From NCBI GenBank assembly GCA_035708725.1, contig DASTFH010000003.1:16828-80827 (forward strand): a stretch of DNA of 64,000 nucleotides, in the 5' to 3' direction. The translations under genes were made by a program, and so were the position numbers. The notes under the pieces are model-generated. The model was not told where the DNA came from, did not search any database, and worked only from the letters and a program-made list of their open reading frames with translations. Each line of letters starts with the position of its first letter. Position 1 is the first letter of the stretch. Shown one piece after another: positions 18,111 through 27,807 of the stretch. This stretch comes from Gemmatimonadales bacterium. Its GTDB lineage: Bacteria; Gemmatimonadota; Gemmatimonadetes; Gemmatimonadales; GWC2-71-9.

Positions 18111-20469
18111 GCGCCGGCCCGGGAGAGGGCCACCCCTCCGGCTCGAAGAGCGGATGACAACTTCGTGCCGGCAGGGCCAGCTCCTGCTCCAGCAGCGCTG
18201 CCCCGAGCGCACCCTTGTACAGCGATAGCGTGCCCGATGCACCACGCGGAAACCCGCGCGCCGTCCGCCGCTGAAGCCGCCGTGCACGATCCAGCCATGC
18301 CGGCGCCCCGGTGGCCCGGTACAGTGCAAGCAAGGCATAGCTTCTGCCGGCCAGGCCGCAGCAGAGGTCGGGCATGAGGTCGGGAGCCTCCCACGCACTC
18401 CAGCCACATCGTTCGGCGAGCGCCTCGTAGCGGCGCTGTCCGGTGACCTGCGCCGCCAGAATCCAGAGATGCACCAGGCCGGCGGGCCCGTTGCACCAGC
18501 CGGGGATGTCATGGTGGCTGCCGGTCCCGCTGGCGTGAGGAAACTGCACACCGCTTCCCCGCGGCTCCGCCAGGCGACGCAACACACCGAGGGCGCGCGC
18601 CACGGCCGGCGTGGGCTCGACGCCGGCAACGCGGCACCAGCGGAGCAATGCGTAGAGAACGCCACCCCAGCCGTGGACAATGCCGGCGTTCTGCAGTGGT
18701 CCCGGATCAGCCGGAAAGCGATCGAGCGCGGGGAGCGACGCGTCGAGCCGCTCCGCCAGGGCGCGGCCGAGCTGCCAGAGATGATGGCGCGCCGTGACCA
18801 GTTCCGGCGGCGCACACTCCAGCAGCAGCATTGCTCCCAGCAGCACGCCGGCAATCCCCTGGCCCAGCTCGATCCTCACCTCTCTTGCTACGGGCAATGC
18901 GCAGAATTGCTCGATGATGGCCGTCATGCGTGAGCCCTGGCCGGTGGCCTGGGCCACATGCGCATCCACCAGCAGGAGGCCGGAGGCGGTAAACAATGGC
19001 GCGACGCTGCCGGCCACAGGCGCGCTGAGCCCCTGGCGGGGATTCAGGAATGCCCCGCGGCGGGCGGCAGCGAGCCTGGCGACTTCGCACCAGCCGGTCG
19101 CATGGGAGAGCAGTCGAGGATCGTCGCGGAGCACCGCCAGGCGGTAGAGACCGAATGCCGTTCCGGCCATGCCATGCATGACAGAGCATCGCGGCGGGGA
19201 CAGGCGCCTGACCCAGTCGGGCGGCGAATGGCGCTCCAGCGTCCGCAACCATGCATCGGTCCTGCTGCGAGGCGGGATCGCGGGTGACGACGCGACCGGC
19301 GGAAGCGCGCACCGCGTCAGCGCGCCGGCGAGCGCGCGCACCGAGGGGAAGCGCTCGTGCTCCTCGTGAGCCAGCGCCCGTGCGAGGACTGCTTCGAGTT
19401 CGGGCCACGGCGCCGCACCCTGCGCGGCAAATGGAAGCGGCGGCCGTGCGGTGAGAGCGCGAAGCATGGCCTCGCGATCCTGCATCGGACCGACGTGGGT
19501 AGCGCCGGTCGCGAGATGATAGAGCAGCGCGGCAATGGCAAACTGCTCACCCGCCGCGGACAACGGCGGCGGCGTTCCGCCGTGCAGCCAGGCGTCGGCC
19601 AGCAGGGGCTCGGCGTAGGGAAGCACGGCGCCGCGCTCGCACTCCCGCCGCCCGGCAACGCGGCTCAGCCCGTAATCCAGAATCGTGACTCGGCCGCTGG
19701 GGTCCACGAGCAGGTTGCCGGCATGGACGTCACCATGCAGGACCCGCCGGGCGTGCAGTCGCGCGTATGCCCGGGCGACGCGAATCAGCAGGCGAAGAAG
19801 CGCTGCCTGTCCGGCCTGGCCCTGGGATCGCAGTTCAGCAGCACGTACCAGGGGCGAGACGCCGCTGCGCCATGACATGGCCAGCCACGCCCGGCCTTCG
19901 ACCGTCCCGGATTCCCGGAAGCGGGGAGCATCGCGCCCCCGCAACAGCCGCAATGCGAGACATTCCTGCCGCATGGCGGCGCGTAAGCGGCCCTCAGCGC
20001 CGGAACGGGCAATCTTGAGCGCGGAGATCTGTCCCCCCGCGTTCCGGACCTGGTACAGCTCTGAATCCTCCAGGACCATCACCGAACGAATGATGACGTA
20101 GTCGGCAATCCGCTCACCCTTGTCGAAGGACGGGGCAATCCGGGCGGCGTCCGGCGAGTGGGCCGGAACCAGGATCCGGTCCTCGTAGCAGGCGCGCAGG
20201 AGGGGAAATGCTTCAGCAAGGGCCTCACGTGGGTCGCGCTGGTCGCCGTCAGCGATCAGCGCATCCACGATGCGCGTGGGGCTCCGGAAGCGCTGCAGCA
20301 GGAGCGCGGCATCGTGCCCAATCACCTTGGAAGAGGCGCGCACCCGGGCTCGGCCAACGGCGTATCCACGCGGCACGGCAGGAAGCCGGCGGCGCAGCGC
20401 ACCGGGAAGCTCGGCGAGCGGCCTCAGCAGGACATCGTCGGGAAGTACGAGCGGGTCAGTGAGCGCCAT
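18103..20469 (-). CDS. Protein kinase-like domain fused to a LanC-like (lanthionine cyclase) domain
   Basis: Kinase-like motifs ISALKIAR, HGDVHAGNLLVD, ILDYGLS. LanC-like motifs HGMAGTAFGLY, GIAGVLLG, HGWGGVLYAL, GWCNGPAG and DLCCGLAG (Cys codons at 18358-18363). Only ~125 aa precede the kinase. Confidence 0.8.
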   Translation of the reverse strand: MALTDPLVLPDDVLLRPLAELPGALRRRLPAVPRGYAVGRARVRASSKVIGHDAALLLQRFRSPTRIVDALIADGDQRDPREALAEAFPLLRACYEDRILVPAHSPDAARIAPSFDKGERIADYVIIRSVMVLEDSELYQVRNAGGQISALKIARSGAEGRLRAAMRQECLALRLLRGRDAPRFRESGTVEGRAWLAMSWRSGVSPLVRAAELRSQGQAGQAALLRLLIRVARAYARLHARRVLHGDVHAGNLLVDPSGRVTILDYGLSRVAGRRECERGAVLPYAEPLLADAWLHGGTPPPLSAAGEQFAIAALLYHLATGATHVGPMQDREAMLRALTARPPLPFAAQGAAPWPELEAVLARALAHEEHERFPSVRALAGALTRCALPPVASSPAIPPRSRTDAWLRTLERHSPPDWVRRLSPPRCSVMHGMAGTAFGLYRLAVLRDDPRLLSHATGWCEVARLAAARRGAFLNPRQGLSAPVAGSVAPLFTASGLLLVDAHVAQATGQGSRMTAIIEQFCALPVAREVRIELGQGIAGVLLGAMLLLECAPPELVTARHHLWQLGRALAERLDASLPALDRFPADPGPLQNAGIVHGWGGVLYALLRWCRVAGVEPTPAVARALGVLRRLAEPRGSGVQFPHASGTGSHHDIPGWCNGPAGLVHLWILAAQVTGQRRYEALAERCGWSAWEAPDLMPDLCCGLAGRSYALLALYRATGAPAWLDRARRLQRRTARGFPRGASGTLSLYKGALGAALLEQELALPARSCHPLFEPEGWPSPGPAHE

Positions 20470-21595
20470 GGAGCGCCCTCGAGAGCCCGGAAGCGCGCCC
20501 GGACGGCGCCCAGGTGCGAACGTCTACGCCGTCAAGCGATACTCGCTCCATGGCATAGCACCAGGACGGCACGGCACACCCTGGATCCTTGAGCGCCTGC
20601 ACCATCGCCGTGGCGAGCCGCTGCGTGAGCCAGGCCCGCCAGCTGTCGTCGCCACTCCATGGAGCGGCGGCGCCCTGGCCTCCCGGATCCACGCCCCACG
20701 AGAGGAGCGCCGAGGCGCCTGTCTGCCCGGTGAACGGCACGCCATGGGCCGGCACACCAGCGAGATCGCGCTCGAGTTGGCGCGCAGCCCGGGCCAGCTG
20801 CCGCGGCGTATTGAAGTACAGCACCAGCTTGTCGGGACGCAGGATGTTGGCAACATCCCGGCCCACTTTCATGGCAAAGGCATCACGCTGCCGCGACGCG
20901 GCCCCGAGCGCCGGCACCAGCTGGTCGGGCACCGGGCTGACGTAGAGCTTCCAGACGGCGCCAGGAGCGCTGCTGCATCCGGCCCGCTCCCATGAGAGCC
21001 AAGCCCCCTTCCCCGCTGTCACGGCAGCGTCCAGTCCCGCCGAGCGAGGGACGCATCGCCGAAGCTCGCGCTCGAGCGAGAGGGAATCGGGGTAACGGCT
21101 TCGCCAGGCCGGGCTCGCGGGAAGGGTGTTGAAATGGTAGAGAAGGCGCGCGAGTACGGTGGGGGAGGCAAGCTGCAGCGCCCCGGCGTCCTGCATTGCG
21201 GCAAGGGACAGCATACCGGTGGCGGACCGCGGTTCCGTCTCCTTCCCGACAGGAAGGCAACAGGACCGCGCGGCGGCCCCGCTCAGGTAGCGCCGACCCG
21301 CGTGAATTTCCAGCACGCCATCAAGCACCAGCGCGCGGAGCGCGCGCGACGGCACCGACCGGGGAGCCCGTCCCGGCCGAGCAAGACGCTGAAAGAGCCG
21401 CGCTGTGTCGCGGGTGACGACGCGCTGGACCCGAAAGTCATCAGCCGCGGGAACCAGCAGGCCGCCAAAGGCAGGATGGGTGGCATGCGCCCGGAGCCAG
21501 GTCGGGAGGGGAGGTTGGAGGGCTCCTGGCTCCACGAGACGGTAGCTGGCGGACGCCCGGAACAGGCGAGCTGAGAGCGGCGGAACTGGCGCCAT
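20456..21595 (-). CDS. Hypothetical protein, possibly a HopA1-like phospho-Ser/Thr lyase (function tentative)
   Basis: ATG at 21595 is the first start after the hairpin. 14-nt overlap with the kinase-LanC start. The C-terminal pattern WKLYVSP...FAMKVG...RPDKLVLYF...GVPF matches my recollection of HopA1-family proteins; not verified. Confidence 0.55.
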   Translation of the reverse strand: MAPVPPLSARLFRASASYRLVEPGALQPPLPTWLRAHATHPAFGGLLVPAADDFRVQRVVTRDTARLFQRLARPGRAPRSVPSRALRALVLDGVLEIHAGRRYLSGAAARSCCLPVGKETEPRSATGMLSLAAMQDAGALQLASPTVLARLLYHFNTLPASPAWRSRYPDSLSLERELRRCVPRSAGLDAAVTAGKGAWLSWERAGCSSAPGAVWKLYVSPVPDQLVPALGAASRQRDAFAMKVGRDVANILRPDKLVLYFNTPRQLARAARQLERDLAGVPAHGVPFTGQTGASALLSWGVDPGGQGAAAPWSGDDSWRAWLTQRLATAMVQALKDPGCAVPSWCYAMERVSLDGVDVRTWAPSGRASGLSRALHGAH

Positions 21596-21609
21596 GGGTG
21601 TACCGGAAA

Positions 21610-21639
21610 CCACCCGGCGCACGGGGGTGCGCCGGGTGG
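21610..21639 (-). terminator. Perfect 13-bp GC-rich hairpin between the peptide ORF and the next gene (candidate attenuator or partial terminator)
   Basis: Minus-strand RNA ccacccggcgcac-cccc-gtgcgccgggtgg followed by uuucc. Starts 12 nt after the peptide stop and ends 15 nt before the next ATG. Confidence 0.6.
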
Positions 21640-21650
21640 CAGTGGGCGGG

Positions 21651-21857
21651 TCAGGCCAGCGCTGCTTCGAGCTGAAGCCGAAGGTCGTCCAGTTCGCCAT
21701 CGGCGATCTTCGGTTTCTTCTGCGTGGTGTTGGTGCATGCACCGCAATTGGTGGGCTGCTTGCAGGGGCCATCCTTGTCCCCGTCGGCCCATGCCAGCTC
21801 GCCCGATTCCGACGCGCTCACCGGCATCATCACATCCCTGCTCTCGAACCTGTTCAT
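21651..21857 (-). CDS. 68-aa Cys/Thr-rich small protein, candidate RiPP precursor peptide
   Basis: GGGAGG lies 6 nt upstream of the ATG. About 80% G/C at third codon positions (hand count). Sequence MNRFESRDVMMPVSASESGELAWADGDKDGPCKQPTNCGACTNTTQKKPKIADGELDDLRLQLEAALA. First gene of the kinase-LanC operon. Confidence 0.6.
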   Translation of the reverse strand: MNRFESRDVMMPVSASESGELAWADGDKDGPCKQPTNCGACTNTTQKKPKIADGELDDLRLQLEAALA

Positions 21858-22011
21858 GCTGCGCCTCCCATCGCGTAGGACTGCTCGGCCAGCCGAAGTG
21901 ACTGGTCCGCCAACCGTCCATGGATTGCGAATGATGACGCTGGGATATACGGGCCGGCGGCACAGCCGTCAACTGGGATCTTGCCAGTGGGACGCGGGAG
22001 AGGTAGTTCAG

Positions 22012-22110
22012 GGTCGAGGGGTCGAGGGGTCAAGAAATCGACTTTGACGCCTCGACTGCTTGACTCCTCGACTTCTTGACCTCTCGACCCTCGACCCTCG
22101 ACCCTCGACC
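22012..22110. repeat. Inverted GTCGAGG/CCTCGAC word arrays in a divergent promoter region
   Basis: ggtcgaggggtcgaggggtcaag...cctcgactgcttgactcctcgacttcttgacctctcgaccctcgaccctcgaccctcgacc. Confidence 0.8.
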
Positions 22111-22113
22111 CCC

Positions 22114-23406
22114 ATGCCCCGCGCCCAACGCCCCACGCCCTTCCACATCCACAGCATCGCCTTTGCCTACCCCGGCAATCGCGAGGCGATTGCGCTGCGG
22201 TCTCCGGCCACCGACCGGCTGCTCAGCGAGCACGCCGAATGGATCCGACAGGAGCGCTCGGCGCCGGTGGCATACGTGCGGGGCGCGCGGCCGCATATCC
22301 GCGTAGTGTGCCGCCGGGTCGCCGGACCAGCGAAGCTGACGGCGGTCATCGGCGCCAGCGCTCGCGGCAAGGCCGTCGGCGTAGCCGAGCGCCGTGTGCG
22401 ACTGGTGTTTGGACGGAATGGCCTTTCGCAGCCGGTGCTGTTCCGCCTGTCGCGGGCGTTACCGAAGGCAGTGGGCGTCCAGCGGATCCGCTGGAGCTGG
22501 ATCGGCAAGGTCGGCGACGTACGCATGCCGCTGGGCGAATCGGAACACGAAATCTGCCTGGCCTGGCGGCGGCCTCGCGCGGCTGAAGCGTGGGCCGGCA
22601 TCGGTGAGTTCAAGGGTCACCCACCATGGGTCTACGCCCCGGTCATGCAGTGGACCTGTGCCTGGGCAGCTGGCCGGAATGATCCGAAGGCCATCTGCGA
22701 CGCGATCCTGCGGCGACTGCCTGCGTCCGGACTCAGCTACGCCAAGCCGGCGTGGGACGTGCGAAGCATGCTCAGTGCAGGAGGTGGCTACTGCGGCGGC
22801 TGGTACCGGATGTTCCAGGCCATGGCGGCGGCACAAGGCGTCGCGGTCGAACGGCGATCTTTCCTGGTCAACTGGCAGAACGAACGCGGAGGGCGGGCAC
22901 GATGGTGCGCCATCGTGGTGGGGAAACCTGGCATCAATCGCGAGACCGTGGCCGAAGCTGCAAGCACTTTCCATGACGTGCGCCAGCGACCGGTGAAGGA
23001 GGCGCCAGTTCGCTCCACCACGGTGGCGCGCTACCGCTTCTGGGGCGTGCCCGAGAAACTGGGCGACGGGCATTGCGTCAACTTCCTGCGCCATGAGGGA
23101 CGCTGGTACCTGTATGATGCCTGCTTCCTGTCGCAACCCGTGGCATTGCCCGGCTTCTCACTGCCCCGCTCCGACACCACCCGTGCCATTCCCCTGGGAA
23201 AACTCGGTGCGTTCCGCTCCCGCTATCTCGATCACGCCGTGGGCTACATGCTCGGCTCGTTTCGGAAGGACGGGCGTCTCTTCCGCACCGTGCATCCCGA
23301 CCCGGGCGATCCCAGGTTCGGCAAGCAGCCGGTCCTCAACGGGCTGAGCATCCGCACACCGATCGTGCCCAGGCCTGGCCAGCTCATTTCCTTCTACTGG
23401 GTCTGA
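22114..23406 (+). CDS. Transglutaminase-like (papain-fold) cysteine peptidase-like protein, no signal peptide seen
   Basis: Candidate Cys-His-Asp triad in GGGYCGGWYRMF and GDGHCVNFLRHEGRWYLYDACF. Start at M19, after the repeat-derived codons. Confidence 0.65.
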   Translation: MPRAQRPTPFHIHSIAFAYPGNREAIALRSPATDRLLSEHAEWIRQERSAPVAYVRGARPHIRVVCRRVAGPAKLTAVIGASARGKAVGVAERRVRLVFGRNGLSQPVLFRLSRALPKAVGVQRIRWSWIGKVGDVRMPLGESEHEICLAWRRPRAAEAWAGIGEFKGHPPWVYAPVMQWTCAWAAGRNDPKAICDAILRRLPASGLSYAKPAWDVRSMLSAGGGYCGGWYRMFQAMAAAQGVAVERRSFLVNWQNERGGRARWCAIVVGKPGINRETVAEAASTFHDVRQRPVKEAPVRSTTVARYRFWGVPEKLGDGHCVNFLRHEGRWYLYDACFLSQPVALPGFSLPRSDTTRAIPLGKLGAFRSRYLDHAVGYMLGSFRKDGRLFRTVHPDPGDPRFGKQPVLNGLSIRTPIVPRPGQLISFYWV

Positions 23407-23409
23407 ACC

Positions 23410-23754
23410 ATGTCCGTCGCCCACCAGCACCTCAGGCGCTGTCTCGCGGGAGACCTGATCCACGGCCAGCGCGCCACCTGGCCGCGCGCCATGGCGCTCA
23501 TGCATGCCGTCGCATCGGCCGAGAGCGCCGAGTCTGAAGCAGTGCTTCGAGAAGTCGCCCTGTACGACGGCCGGTTGCAGCTCGACGCCTCGGCGGGCCT
23601 CCCGCACGCCATGTCGCCCGAGGACGCGCTGCGCGCGCTGGCCGTGCAGGTGCTCGCGGCGTGGAATCCTCGCCGCCATCGGGCGGTGATCCGTGCGGTG
23701 CATCGCTCGGCGCGGAACGATGTGGTGCGGAAGATTGCGGAGGAGAGGGTGTAG
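23410..23754 (+). CDS. Hypothetical 114-aa helical protein coupled to the transglutaminase-like gene
   Basis: Starts 3 nt after the upstream stop codon. No recognisable family. Confidence 0.5.
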   Translation: MSVAHQHLRRCLAGDLIHGQRATWPRAMALMHAVASAESAESEAVLREVALYDGRLQLDASAGLPHAMSPEDALRALAVQVLAAWNPRRHRAVIRAVHRSARNDVVRKIAEERV

Positions 23755-23816
23755 GCTGCTGGCCGCTGGCCGCTGGCTGCTGGCTGCTGGCTGCTGGCTG
23801 CTGGCTGCTGGCTGCC
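23754..23816. repeat. Tandem GCTGGC hexamer array
   Basis: ggctgctggccgctggccgctggctgctggctgctggctgctggctgctggctgcc. The complementary words recur at 31017..31105. Confidence 0.8.
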
Positions 23817-23834
23817 CGAAGCTGTCAATGACGT

Positions 23835-23940
23835 GTCATTGCGAGCACGCCGCAGGCGTGCGACGCAATCGGGTGGAATGGATCGAGATGCTGGCTACCC
23901 GATTGCTGCGTCGCACCCTCCGGGTGCTCCTCGCAATGAC
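23835..23940. mobile_element. MITE-like element with terminal inverted repeats GTCATTGCGAG / CTCGCAATGAC
   Basis: 106 bp with 11-bp perfect TIRs. Internal sequence is shared with 29659..29760 (gcaatcgggtgg...gatgc.tg..acccgat.gct.cgtcg...ctcctcgc.atgac). Confidence 0.65.
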
Positions 23941-24015
23941 GCGTAGCCCTCAGCCTCCAGCCCTTAGCCTTCAGCTTTCAGCCCTCTCACATTATACTGA
24001 ATCCAGATCACGACC

Positions 24016-24064
24016 CGTGGCGATTTGCGCAGCTTGCGGCCACGTTAAACAAACTGCTAAAACG
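24016..24064 (+). ncRNA. Possible SAM-II (SAM_alpha)-like pseudoknot riboswitch upstream of metH
   Basis: P1 cgtggc(24016-21)/gccacg(24039-44). Loop gauuugcgcagcuugcg. The 3' tail uuaaacaaaCUGCuaaaa can pair with loop GCAG (24029-32). Resembles my memory of the SAM-II consensus (AUUU...GCUU...AAA..GCUAAAA). Not verified by a covariance model. Confidence 0.4.
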
Positions 24065-24102
24065 CGTCCGCTCGGGCCGTTTTGGCATCGGGCGGTTGTC
24101 AT

Positions 24103-27803
<3,701 letters not shown>

Positions 27804-27807
<4 letters not shown>

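Noticed and set aside
18111-18854. The 248-codon N-terminal extension of the 1235-aa track ORF, overlapping the kinase-LanC gene.
   Set aside because: This is an out-of-frame overlap with a motif-rich gene. The Hanks kinase domain starts right after M249 (MSELLDRL), whose ATG forms a typical 8-nt coupling overlap.
21651-21857. Reading the peptide as a class III (labionin) substrate or an FxLD-type class IV precursor.
   Set aside because: No S-x-x-S-x(2-5)-C spacing and no FxLD leader motif is present. I keep only the generic Cys/Thr-rich precursor hypothesis.
21283-21972. A 229-aa minus-strand ORF, and the M1/M25 starts of ORF 20456..21772, all overlapping the small peptide ORF.
   Set aside because: These are alternative frames across the peptide gene with no Shine-Dalgarno and low-complexity translations. 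The 68-aa frame has the strong ribosome-binding site, and the hairpin separates it from the next gene.
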